Part shown: in pieces, positions 28,855 to 39,065 of the stretch
Position numbering within the stretch: position 1 is the first letter of the stretch
How the letters are laid out: each line of letters opens with the position of its first letter
DNA from: Rhodothermales bacterium
GTDB taxonomy: Bacteria; Bacteroidota; Rhodothermia; Rhodothermales; Bin80
Length of the DNA: 64,000 nucleotides
Direction: 5' to 3'
Assembly (NCBI GenBank): GCA_965220935.1
Contig: OZ244857.1
Location: 1,672,929-1,736,928, forward strand
Notes under the pieces: generated by a model
The model's database searches: none
What the model saw: only the letters and a program-made list of their open reading frames with translations
What the model was told of the DNA's origin: nothing
Translations under genes and position numbers: made by a program

Positions 28855-31839
28855 CTAAAATCCGTATCGTTTCCTCCGAAGACGAAATGCTTCTTCGCTA
28901 CCTTCTATGATGGCTGCAACAAGTTCCTTTATTTGTGATTTGTCAATACTTCCTGCACCCATCACTTTCCCTACTTTATTATCTGAACCCAATGCAACGA
29001 TGAGTTCAGCATCTCCATTCACTGGAACATTAGCATTATGGGTGGCAATTAGAATTTGGCGCTTGAATTTTTGTTGACGTAGAAGATCAACGATGATGTT
29101 GTAAACATATTGATTGTCAAGATCATCTTCTGGCTGGTCAATGAATATGGGTTGATTTCGTGCCGAAAGTAAAAGACTGATGATGGCCGTGTTCTTCTCA
29201 CCTACCGATCCAGTTTCAATTGTCTTAAACGTTCCATCCTTCGCGCGAACCTGCGCATGAACTAAATCCTCTGGCAAATAAGACTCCATTTCGTCTATTC
29301 TTGCATGGTCAAATTTTAGCAGTGCATTGAAAAAATATTTGGTGAGTGCTGTCTCCCCAACAAGAGACGCAACCTGTGAATCATCTGCAACTGTAGATTT
29401 GCCTTTATCTTTTGATGAGTTGATGTCTGTTCTAAGTGCTTGAAGAAGTGTTCTTAGGTTATATGGCACTTCGCTATCAGCAGAGAAGACATAATCACAT
29501 AAGACAAGCCAGTCACATTCTTGAAGTCCAGTGCCCCCAAACCATTAATCTCGTCTATTTTCAAAATCATTCCGATCACGAAAAGCATGAATCTGGATGC
29601 GAACATCTGCATCAATATCTTCAAGAGCATGAGCAATTTTCATACGGGCATTGTATCGATCGTGATGAATCAGTTGCAGTTCAATCTGAACATTCTTAAT
29701 TTTTTCTTCCACCTGGTTTAATTCGTCTTCAATATTTTTGATTGAACCCTTTTCATGTTCTAATCTTGCACGTTCTTGAAGGAGTTTTTCGTGATTAATT
29801 AAGTGTCCCTCTATATTCTCCGTTTCTTTAATTAGAGCATTGTATTCTAATTTGATTTCGTCGTAGTTCGGTTTCCAGTTTTCTAATTGCTCTGAACGAA
29901 TTTTTTCACTCAGTATCTTAATGGCCTTGACCTGATCATTAAGTGCTAGAAGTATCTTATCTCGGGTACTACGAATCTGATCTGTAATTGATTGTGACCA
30001 GAGTTCCTTCGGGGATGATTCAAGCTTTTCTTCACCTAAGTCCTCAACAGGTTCAATTGAACTCAATAAAATATTACTAACATTATTTATCTCTCTTAAT
30101 TGATCATCTATCCACCTACGTTCTTGCTCCACTTCATTGAAACGAGTAAATACCTGCTTATGCTTCTCTTTTTCAAAGAATGCAATCTTGTCTTGAACTT
30201 TCTGTAACGCAGTTAACACCGCGGGTGCGTTATTTTTTGATTCAACCAAACTGGTACGTAATGATTGACATTTACGAAGTGCAGAGGTAAGCCTTTTTTT
30301 ATCCTCATTGAAGTTGCGACGAGCACTGCTGTCCATTAATGAGTCAATCTCTCTACGCTGGGACACTGGATCATGGGCAATCTCAGCAATCTGTCGCTGA
30401 GATAAAATTCGAGGTGCAATCAAAGTTCGAACATCTAATGGAACTGATTCAGAATTATCTTTGTCTGAATGAAGTGTAGTGTTAATTCTATTTGAACATC
30501 TGATGACGCGATATATCCTTCCAGCTATTACAATTTCTACAATGATTTGATAGTCAGTAATCAGAGTTCCTCTGCTTTGACCAAAATCTTGTTGACTCTT
30601 CATTGAGAGAATAGATCGGATAGAATCATATACATGGCTATTCCTGTCCGATAGGTCAGCATCCCGATCACGGTCTAATACATGCCGTAAATACTCAATT
30701 ACGGTAGATTTTCCACTCCCACGCCCACCTATAGTGTTGTGAGGCAGGGACTAAGTGGAATTGTAATTTCTTCAAAGAAGTCTGTATTACGGATTATAAT
30801 TTGTTTAATGTATGGATAATCTGACCTTGGGGGGCCATGATCCATGCGGCGAAGACGTGACTCTGGATCAAGTAGAGCTATAGAATTCCTTCAACATCAG
30901 GAACCTCCATTTTAAGCCACGAAAATCGCGAGCCGATACACTCGTATTTCCTCGGATCTGAGCACTCAATTAAAGACCAATGTTTCTGATTCCGATAGCG
31001 TTGTTGTTCATCAGTCGAGAGATTCTTCCAATCATATCCTCGACGGGCCACATCCCATTGAAGTAGTAAATCTTGAAACCCCTCTGGCAATTCAAAGAAT
31101 GATTTGGATGTCTGAAACCCATCCCAATCCTTTCGTGCGATTGCATATTGTCTCAAATGGCCTTTCATTTGATCAATTATATCTCCAGTATTCTTAGAAC
31201 GTAGACCCGTTTCTTTAGCGACTCCCCGGTTGCTATCGGCATGAGCAGGAAGTAGAACTAATTGCATGTCACGTTCACCCGATTCTGGACGACAGTACTC
31301 AAACAAGCGGTCTATAAATGTGCTAATTGATTCGCCATTTGTCAACGGAATACCGGTTTGAGGATGGAAGCGTTCTTTATTTCCAAACATATGCCGGATT
31401 GTACTATTGATATTCTCAGTAGACGTTTCTGATGAGAATATCACTAAAAAATGAATAGGACGCTCCCCACCAATACTAAATTCAACCCTGGAAGAATCAC
31501 GGGTATATGAAACCCTTGATTTAGTAATTTCTCAGATAGTTGATCAAAATGAGGTTTTAGATAACTATACCCGTCAATACTATTATGATCGGTGATGGCT
31601 ACGAGGTCTAATCCTTTCCCATTTGCTCCGTTTTGACAGGCATTTATGAATTTTGACGCGATCTTGTATAGATCCTGTGACTTACTTTTCTTAAAATTTT
31701 CAATCGCCAGTTTCGTATTTTCACCAAATTTTTTCTCATGATCAAATGGAGTATGCACATGTAAGTCACAACGGAGCCATTGGGCGCCTTGACCAATATT
31801 ATTTTTAGGTTCCGATGTTGACATTCCAATAAAATTCAC
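28855..31839 (-). pseudogene. Decayed gene for a ~990-aa PHP-domain + SMC/RecF-like ABC ATPase (candidate single-protein defence ATPase)
   Basis: Pieces identified: PHP N-terminus WLRCDLHVHTPFDHE...LVAITDHNSIDGY...VILPG|VEFSIGGERPIHFLVIF; LLDPESRLR...; Walker A IGGRGSGKSTVIEYL (read by hand at ~30690..30735); a coiled-coil segment 29545..30603; and a C-terminal Walker B/H-loop PIFIDQPEDDLD...ILIATHNANVP. Lesions: frameshifts near 31485..31492, 30880..30890 and 30740..30760, plus an in-frame TAA at 29545..29547. Confidence 0.75.
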
Positions 31840-31884
31840 GGAGCTGCTAATGATAATCTACACAATGTAAATCAGATCCCCCAT

Positions 31885-32132
31885 TTATAAGCGAGTAAAT
31901 GTATAGAAAAATTTGAAAGTGCTTTCGCCTTTTCTTTGAACCGCTCTACGAACAAAATCAATTGCCTGAGGTATATCCAATTTCTCAAAGAATTCTAGCC
32001 AGTTTACAGTAGGTATTCTTCTTTGATCCTTAACCTAAATGCACTTGATATAGGTAGTCAATCTTTCCCAATAGATGATGGCTTGCAGTAGCGAGAGACG
32101 TGATGTTCGTCTTCAATCTTCAGATTAGACAT
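31885..32132 (-). pseudogene. Small decayed gene (~82 codons), translationally coupled to the upstream 113-aa gene
   Basis: Hand translation gives MSNLKIEDEHHVSRYCKPSSIGKD*LPISSAFRLRIKEEYL (in-frame TGA at 32058..32060). After a frameshift near 32000..32015 it continues ..TVNWLEFFEKLDIPQAIDFVRRAVQRKGESTFKFFYTFTRL*. The ATG overlaps the upstream stop (TAATG at 32130..32134). Confidence 0.45.
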
Positions 32133-32473
32133 TAAGGAATTGCTCTTATTATTGGTTTAATCATTTGCATGGCAGTCTCTTTGTTAGCTGAACCCTGTAA
32201 TCTAAGTGGAGGCTCTCGATTTTCCAGAGTTCCTGGAAATTCCACACTTCCGTCAGGCATGAAATTGACTAGTGCACAAGCAGGGGGAGAATTCCATTCA
32301 ATTTGAAGTGTTCCGTCAGGACATATGCCTATCTGAGGATAAGGTAAAATCCTTCCAAAATGTGAGAAAAACAAAGCTATTTGCATCAGAGAGGCAAACT
32401 GCATAGCAGGATTATCATCTATTGTAATTTCATTTTGATACCTTAAACGGTTAGCAATTTTCCCATATTCCAT
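32132..32473 (-). CDS. Hypothetical protein (113 aa), first gene of the decayed minus-strand cluster
   Basis: Intact ORF with no motif I can name. It is co-oriented with, and overlaps by 1 nt, the next (decayed) gene. Confidence 0.45.
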   Translation of the reverse strand: MEYGKIANRLRYQNEITIDDNPAMQFASLMQIALFFSHFGRILPYPQIGICPDGTLQIEWNSPPACALVNFMPDGSVEFPGTLENREPPLRLQGSANKETAMQMIKPIIRAIP

Positions 32474-32606
32474 CTTATAAAAATCTCTTCCTTTTCATGA
32501 GCATTTTGAATCTGATAAGAAAGCTGCCTGGGCTTGAAAGATATAATAGAAAGGAAGGTTCCCTCAGGAGTGTTATTTTTCGAGGTAACCAAATTTTCAT
32601 TTTATT

Positions 32607-33692
32607 ATGTCTTCTACATCTCATTGTTCACCTGTTCGCTACTACGTTGGATTAGACGTTCATCGTGACACAATCTCGGCGTATGTTTACGATGCGACTG
32701 AGAAGCGTTACTGTGATGAGCAGATGCTCACAAGCCGAAGAGTCTCGCTCGGTTTGTGGAATCTACGCGTTCAAAGTATGGGCCTTTCCGCTGTTGTTAT
32801 GAGGCATCCTTTTCGGGGACTGTGCTCTATGACACATTGACCGAACACGGCGTGGATTGCGCCATCATTGCTTGATTCCCAAGCGCTCAGGCGATCGAAT
32901 CAAAACCGATCAGCGCGATGCCAGGAATTTGTCCAAGTATTTTGGATCTGGGCTTTTGACTGAATGTTTCGTCCTGGACGAAGAGCTCCGAGCCGTGCGA
33001 GGACTTTTACGCAGTCGTGAGGCACTGATAAAAAGTCTTCACCAATCCAAAATGCGCGTGATTCATTTTTTGCATGCGCACGGGCACTGTTATACAACAG
33101 GAAGCTACTGGACAAAAAAGTTTAAGACTTGGATCAATCAGATTGAGTTAGAGCGTTCCCATGACGAGTTTGTACTACGCGGGCACTTGAATGATATTGA
33201 TTATCATCAGGGACGCATCTAAGAACAGCAAGTCAAAGCAGCATCCGAGTCCGAAAAGTTTCAGCAAGCAGTTCAGATTCTGCAAGGCTTCCGAGGCATT
33301 GGACTGATCTCGGCCATGCAGTTGGTTTGTGAGATTGGAGACTTTCGGCGGTTTGAGAGTCCGACGGCACTGATGGCGTATCTTGGATTAGTTCCATCTC
33401 CTCAGGAAACACCATCCGCACGGGTTCAATCACCAAAACTGGTAACACTCACGCACGAAAGGTCTTGGTCAGCGCAGCATGGAAATACATCTACGCGATC
33501 AGTGTTGCACTTCAAGAGCGGCAAAAACACTGCAGTGCTAAAGTCATCGCCATTACCCAGAAAGCACAAACACGCTTATACAAACGTTACAACGCAAACC
33601 TCCGAAAGTCGCGGTGGATCGTGAACTGGTTGGTTTTCTCTGGGAGGCGTTGCAACTTCCTGTTGAAACAGCCTAAACAACCTATACGATAA
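32607..33692 (+). pseudogene. IS110-family DEDD transposase, inactivated
   Basis: Pieces identified: YYVGLDVHRDTISAYVYD; (frame b) FRCCYEASFSGTVLYDTLTEHGVDCAIIA; LIPKRSGDRIKTDQRDARNL...; LQGFRGIGLISAMQLVCEIGDFRRFESPTALMAYLGLVPS; and ITKTGNTHARKVLVSAAWKY-type C-terminus (33465..33692). At least 3 frameshifts (near 32715..32725, 32865..32875 and 33420..33465) and an in-frame TAA at 33220..33222. Confidence 0.8.
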
Positions 33693-33893
33693 CTCGTCAT
33701 GGAGAAAGAGTCCAAAGCAACGATGGAGAGCCCAAGTCCATCCTTTTCGGTAGCGATTATCGCGAGCCCGAGTTTCAAGATCTTGGCAGCTCCGACGTAT
33801 TCAAATATTGAGCATTATGGCTTTTGCCTAGCATGCGGACACCAGATTGATAGACCGTCGACATTGCTATAAGACTCTTTCTCCATGACGAGT
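33693..33893. repeat. Perfect 21-bp inverted repeat (arms 33693..33713 and 33873..33893) immediately 3' of the IS110-type ORF
   Basis: actcgtcatggagaaagagtc and gactctttctccatgacgagt are exact reverse complements separated by 159 nt. Confidence 0.9.
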
Positions 33894-34883
33894 TGTCTAA
33901 ATTTATAACAAAATGTAACCCGAAACAAATACATACCAACCCCCGAAAGGGAACCTTCCTTTCTACACCAGTATTATCAGAAACCCTTGTAGGACTCAGA
34001 ATGGTGTGGGAAGTCCCATTTTCAAGCCCTATATCTGAATTATACTGCTCCACACATTCTCTCACATGACGGTTCGTGTTCAAAAATACACGGACATTTC
34101 GAAAGGACGAATCATCCAAATCCTTCCAATCAAACAGTGGCTATCGTCAACAAATATTGTTGTCATAATTAACGAATTATTAGTGAAAGTTTTATGTCGT
34201 CCAGATCTGATAAACTTTTGGGCATGGGAAAAAGTCTACTATCTCTTGGGGGAAATCAGAACGACCTGTAAACTGGAAGTAAATCTATAAGCGACAATAG
34301 ACAAACATAGAACGGACTGTTACACTTTTTTCTCAAACTAATGTTCCATCTGAAGTCTTCAGTGTAATTTCACTAAGTTGCACCTTAGGCAAAACCTCTG
34401 GATCAATCCCAACCTGAGTTAGAGACTTCCTTTTTCTCAGAGTCACTGAGGATAGAATTGAATGTTCCATTGGGATGTATATATTGGATTCATGATTGAA
34501 TCTGTTCATCCAGAATATGAGAATTACAATGACAGAGCAAAACCATGGTTGTTACACCTCACCTATGATTGTTTCTTGCATCTGGCCAATAATCATAGAT
34601 TTTTAGTCGCTCCGTTATCTGCATTTCCATCACGGACATTGGATGACATCTAGCAACGTAATTTTGAAAATATTTTGATTGCTAAACTATGGTGATTTTT
34701 TTGGCTTTAGATCTTGTCCATCTATGGCAATTACATAGAACACTGCATTATATGAATCAAGATTCTGATTAATTCGTTGAATGCCTTTCTTTTGAGTTTC
34801 CTTTATTGAATCATTTGCGGATGGCATGCGATTCAAAGAGGTAAAACATATTCAATCTTAGCTTAGAACATTTTTACATTATT

Positions 34884-35894
34884 ATGGCGCATAAACTTGC
34901 AATCAATGGTTTTGGTCGTATTGGCCGCCTTACACTCCGTTCAATCTTAGAACGTAATCTAACTGCGTTAGAAGTCGTTGCAGTCAACGACCTCACAGAT
35001 GCAGCCACGCTTGCTCATTTATTTAAGTATGATTCAGTCCATGGTCAGTGGTCTGGCCACGTATCTGCAGATGAGAATCATCTTCTGATAGATAGTCACA
35101 AAATTCCCGTATTAAGCGAACGTGATCCCTCATCATTACCTTGGATGTCGCTCGGGTGTGATGTTATAATTGAGTCAACTGGATTTTTCCGCGATCGCGC
35201 CAGCGCTGCTAAGCACCTAAGTGCTGGTGCTAAAAAAGTTGTCATTTCTGCACCTGCAAAGGACGAAGTTGACGCAACCATCGTGATTGGTGTCAACGAT
35301 CATGTCCTAACCGGACATGAAGAAATCATATCAAATGCTAGTTGTACAACCAATTGCATTGCCCCGATGATCAAGGTTGTTGATGAAGCATTTGGAATCC
35401 AAAGTGGATTGATGACGACTGTTCATGCCTATACTAGTGACCAGCGCATTCAGGATGCTCCTCATAAAGACCTCCGTCGGGCACGTGCTGCCGCATACTC
35501 TATTGTTCCAACCACCACGGGAGCCGCCAAAGCAGTTGGGCTGGTTCTACCCCATATGAAAGGTAAACTTGATGGGATGGCGCTGAGAGTCCCAATCCCA
35601 AATGGATCACTTACGGATCTGACTGTTCAGGTGTCTGCAACTCCCACGAAGGAGAATGTTAATTCAGCATTTAAATCTGCTGCGATCGGTCCCCTTGCAG
35701 GAATTCTTGAATATGCTTCGGATCCAATCGTATCCATTGACATCGTTCATAATTCACATTCTGTCATTTTTGATAGTCTTGCAACGATGGTTCAAGGAAA
35801 TACAGTAAAAATTCTTGGCTGGTATGACAACGAATGGGGATACGCAAACCGTGCGGTAGATATTGCCGCGCTATTGCTTTCAATAGATAGCTAA
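34884..35894 (+). CDS. gap: Glyceraldehyde-3-phosphate dehydrogenase (type I)
   Basis: 336 aa with INGFGRIGR, SNASCTTNC and WYDNEWGY. Confidence 0.95.
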   Translation: MAHKLAINGFGRIGRLTLRSILERNLTALEVVAVNDLTDAATLAHLFKYDSVHGQWSGHVSADENHLLIDSHKIPVLSERDPSSLPWMSLGCDVIIESTGFFRDRASAAKHLSAGAKKVVISAPAKDEVDATIVIGVNDHVLTGHEEIISNASCTTNCIAPMIKVVDEAFGIQSGLMTTVHAYTSDQRIQDAPHKDLRRARAAAYSIVPTTTGAAKAVGLVLPHMKGKLDGMALRVPIPNGSLTDLTVQVSATPTKENVNSAFKSAAIGPLAGILEYASDPIVSIDIVHNSHSVIFDSLATMVQGNTVKILGWYDNEWGYANRAVDIAALLLSIDS

Positions 35895-35905
35895 CATCAT
35901 GGAGA

Positions 35906-37135
35906 ATGCCAAAATTAACGATTGCAGATTTAGAGTTGCACGGCAAATGTGTGCTTGTTCGTGTGGATTTCAATGTGCCTTTGCACTTATCGTCTGATTC
36001 TGATTACTATAATGTAACTGACGATACTCGAATCCGTGCTGCGCTACCGACCATTCAAACCATCACAGAATCTGGAGGAAAAGCTATTCTGCTGAGCCAC
36101 TTAGGACGCCCAAAAGGGACTCCTGATGAGAAGTTTAGCCTCGCTCCTGTTGCAGATCAATTAAGTCAGATATTAAGTACAAACGTTCGGTTTTCAAGTG
36201 AAACCGTTGGACCTGTTGTAGAGAAGACCATCCGAACGATGCCTAATGGAAGTATTCTTCTGTTGGAGAATACGCGTTACTTTTCAGGTGAAACCACAAA
36301 TGATCCCACACTCGCTGCGGAACTTGCTCAATTAGGAGATATGTTCATTAACGATGCATTTGGGACGGCTCACCGCTCACACGCTTCAAATGTGGGCGTC
36401 GCAAGTCACTTCCCTGATCACGCAGCGGCTGGATATCTACTTGAAGAGGAACTACATGTGCTTGGAAAAGCGCTACAATCTCCCTCCCCTCCTATGGTTG
36501 CCCTATTAGGTGGAGCAAAAGTATCAGATAAAATGGGGGTCATCGCTAACCTCACTACGATTGTAGACCACATCCTCATTGGAGGTGCGATGGCCTATAC
36601 CTTCTTACTGGCCAAGGGAGTTAGTGTTGGAAAATCTCTTGTAGAGAAAGAGCGTCTCCATGATGCATCCGACTTGATGGACATTGCTGGTGACAAACTC
36701 CACTTACCTAGTGATCATATTGTAAGCACATCTCTGGATACACCGTCGGATAGTCAAACTATGGCGGGTGGCATTGATGATGGCTTACTCGGGGTTGATA
36801 TAGGTCCTCAAACCATCGCCACCTACTCCGACTTACTACGCCAAGCTAAAACCTGCATTTGGAATGGTCCAATGGGTATTTTTGAAGTTTCTGAATATGC
36901 ATCAGGAACCAATGCCATGGCCCAAGCAGTCGCATCTGCAACCGATCATGGTGCAGTCACTATTGTCGGAGGAGGAGACTCTGTTGCAGCGATGACTCAG
37001 GCGAATCTCCACCACAATGTTTCCCATGTATCTACTGGTGGTGGTGCAATGCTCAGATTCCTTGAAGGAAAATCACTTCCTGGAGTTGACGCACTGACAG
37101 ATATCAATGAAAGCGGTGAATCGTCCAAAACATAA
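35906..37135 (+). CDS. pgk: Phosphoglycerate kinase
   Basis: 409 aa with VLVRVDFNVP, SHLGRPKG and VGGGDSVAA. Confidence 0.95.
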   Translation: MPKLTIADLELHGKCVLVRVDFNVPLHLSSDSDYYNVTDDTRIRAALPTIQTITESGGKAILLSHLGRPKGTPDEKFSLAPVADQLSQILSTNVRFSSETVGPVVEKTIRTMPNGSILLLENTRYFSGETTNDPTLAAELAQLGDMFINDAFGTAHRSHASNVGVASHFPDHAAAGYLLEEELHVLGKALQSPSPPMVALLGGAKVSDKMGVIANLTTIVDHILIGGAMAYTFLLAKGVSVGKSLVEKERLHDASDLMDIAGDKLHLPSDHIVSTSLDTPSDSQTMAGGIDDGLLGVDIGPQTIATYSDLLRQAKTCIWNGPMGIFEVSEYASGTNAMAQAVASATDHGAVTIVGGGDSVAAMTQANLHHNVSHVSTGGGAMLRFLEGKSLPGVDALTDINESGESSKT

Positions 37136-37149
37136 TGGGATTAGAATCA

Positions 37150-38880
37150 TCAGAGATTAAGGCGCTTCAACTCCTGAACTGCATAACTTGCAGCTCTGGC
37201 CGTTAGCGCCATATATGTGATGGATGGATTCTGGCAGGCCGATGAGGTCATACATGCCCCGTCAGTAATAAATACATTTGGAACTGAATGGCACTGGTTG
37301 TGCGCGTTCAGAATGCTGGTGGCTGGGTCATGTCCCATACGTGCAGTACCCATCTCATGGATTCCAAGTCCTGGCTCTGCCCCAAGCTCCCCCTCAGCAT
37401 AATGGTCAAACATCTGAATGTTTTTCGCTCCTGACGCATCAAGCATCTCGGCTGCTGACTGTTTCATATCCTCACGCATAGCCAATTCATTTTCTCCCCA
37501 TGTACAGTGAATTTGAAGAACTGGGATCCCCCATTTATCTGTGATTGATTCATCAAGGGCCACGTAATTTTCATATCTGGGTAATGTCTCACCAAACGCT
37601 TCCAGAACCATTTCCCAGGGACCAGGATTTCTAAGTTCATTTTTGAGTGGCACTCCAAATCCTGGAACTGTTCGCCTCCAAGATGGCCGAGATGCTTCCC
37701 CCTGATATCCGAAACCTCTCAAATAATCGCTCTGATGTGTCCGCTTGGACACATTTCGAAATCTTGGAATATAAATCCCATTTGGGCGGTTGCCTTGATA
37801 ATATCGGTTTTCCCCGCCGACTAGTTGTCCCGTCGCTCCAATATGAAAATGGTGATCCATCAAGTAATGTCCTAAAACTCCACTATCATTAGCAAGTCCA
37901 TTGGGGAACCTTGATGATTTTGAATTCAGCATGATTTGCGTTGAGCCGAGTGCTGAAGCACATAGAAATATGACTCTTGCGTAGGCTTCTCGCATCATTC
38001 CTGTTTGACGATCAATATAGCGAACACCGATGGCTTTCCCTTTCTTATCATCATAGATCACGCTATGAACGATGCTCTCGGGTTGCAGTGTGAGATTCCC
38101 CGTTGCAGAGGCTGCGGGAAGTGTCGCACTCAGGCTACTGAAGTATGCTCCTGCTGAACAGCCTCTATAGCATTCACCGCAATAATGACATGCCGCCCTC
38201 CCAAGGTGAGGTTTCGTAAGAATTGCAGCTCGCCCAATCGTCAGTAAGCGATCGTCAAAATGTGTCGATATCGCTTCTTTGACTTGTTGCTCCCCCCAGT
38301 TCAAGTCCATAGGAGGAAGAAAAACGCCATCTGGACACTGATCCAATCCCTCTGGTTGCCCCGTAATTCCTACGAATTTTTCCACATAGTCGTACCATGG
38401 AGCGATCTCTTCATACCGAATTGGCCAATCAATGGCGGCTCCATCTCTTAGGTTCGCTTCAAAATCCAGGGCACCCCACCGGTAGCACTGTCGCGCCCAT
38501 AGCAGGGAACGTCCACCAACGACATCAGCTCTAATCCATGTAAATGGATCACGTTCAATATATGGATTTTCGTTGTCATTGATAAAGAAGTGTTCGGTGT
38601 GTTCGCCAAAAGCATATGTGCGAGATTGTACTGGGTATATATGCTTATGCCTGCGTGAGCCTTTACTGTTTCGGGCGGGAAATTCCCAGCTTTCTAGAAA
38701 TTCTGTGATATACCCTGCGCCATGAACAAGATTTAATCCTCGCTCTAACAAAAGCACATCCAGCCCAGCCTCTGTCAGCTCTTTTGCAGCAAATCCTCCA
38801 CTAATACCAGATCCAACAACAATGGCATCACTCTCTGTGTGAGGCCGTGCGATATGTGGAATTTTCGGGGACATCTTCAA
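37150..38880 (-). CDS. GMC-family FAD-dependent oxidoreductase
   Basis: 576 aa with an N-terminal VVGSGISGGFAAKELTEAGLDVLLLERG Rossmann motif and C-terminal HEMGTARMG...FITDGACM. Confidence 0.85.
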   Translation of the reverse strand: MKMSPKIPHIARPHTESDAIVVGSGISGGFAAKELTEAGLDVLLLERGLNLVHGAGYITEFLESWEFPARNSKGSRRHKHIYPVQSRTYAFGEHTEHFFINDNENPYIERDPFTWIRADVVGGRSLLWARQCYRWGALDFEANLRDGAAIDWPIRYEEIAPWYDYVEKFVGITGQPEGLDQCPDGVFLPPMDLNWGEQQVKEAISTHFDDRLLTIGRAAILTKPHLGRAACHYCGECYRGCSAGAYFSSLSATLPAASATGNLTLQPESIVHSVIYDDKKGKAIGVRYIDRQTGMMREAYARVIFLCASALGSTQIMLNSKSSRFPNGLANDSGVLGHYLMDHHFHIGATGQLVGGENRYYQGNRPNGIYIPRFRNVSKRTHQSDYLRGFGYQGEASRPSWRRTVPGFGVPLKNELRNPGPWEMVLEAFGETLPRYENYVALDESITDKWGIPVLQIHCTWGENELAMREDMKQSAAEMLDASGAKNIQMFDHYAEGELGAEPGLGIHEMGTARMGHDPATSILNAHNQCHSVPNVFITDGACMTSSACQNPSITYMALTARAASYAVQELKRLNL

Positions 38881-39065
38881 TTTCTCGGTGCAGTCCTAAG
38901 TTACAATATATTTACGCGGGTAGCGCAGGTTTTGCTCAGCCAGACAATTCACATATTACCACTTTGTCAGGTGCTCACATGCCAAGATATGCGATGGAAA
39001 CCCCAGATATAGCCTACAAAATAAGTAGGTTCATTTGATGTTTTTTAATGCGCTGATTTATTAAT

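Larger units (their letters stand above)
32547..33965 (+). mobile_element. Degenerate IS110-family (IS1111-like) insertion sequence bounded by a 17-bp inverted repeat
   Basis: tagaaaggaaggttccc at 32547..32563 is the exact reverse complement of gggaaccttcctttcta at 33949..33965. These enclose the IS110-type transposase remnants. Subterminal IRs are a described trait of the IS1111 subgroup. Confidence 0.6.

Noticed and set aside
29545-29547. In-frame TAA (and TGA at 32058..32060, TAA at 33220..33222) as evidence for stop-codon reassignment or programmed read-through.
   Set aside because: TAA and TGA terminate many housekeeping genes here at their expected lengths. The prfB UGA frameshift site implies normal RF2 decoding. 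The affected genes also carry ordinary frameshifts, so decay is the simpler explanation.
33775-34119. A 114-aa minus-strand ORF overlapping the right end of the IS110-like element, plus neighbouring 60-75-aa ORFs (34066..34290, 34462..34653).
   Set aside because: These have no recognisable motifs. The 114-aa ORF spans the IS boundary (33965), so it cannot be an ancestral gene. Composition and length are consistent with random ORFs in AT-rich spacer.
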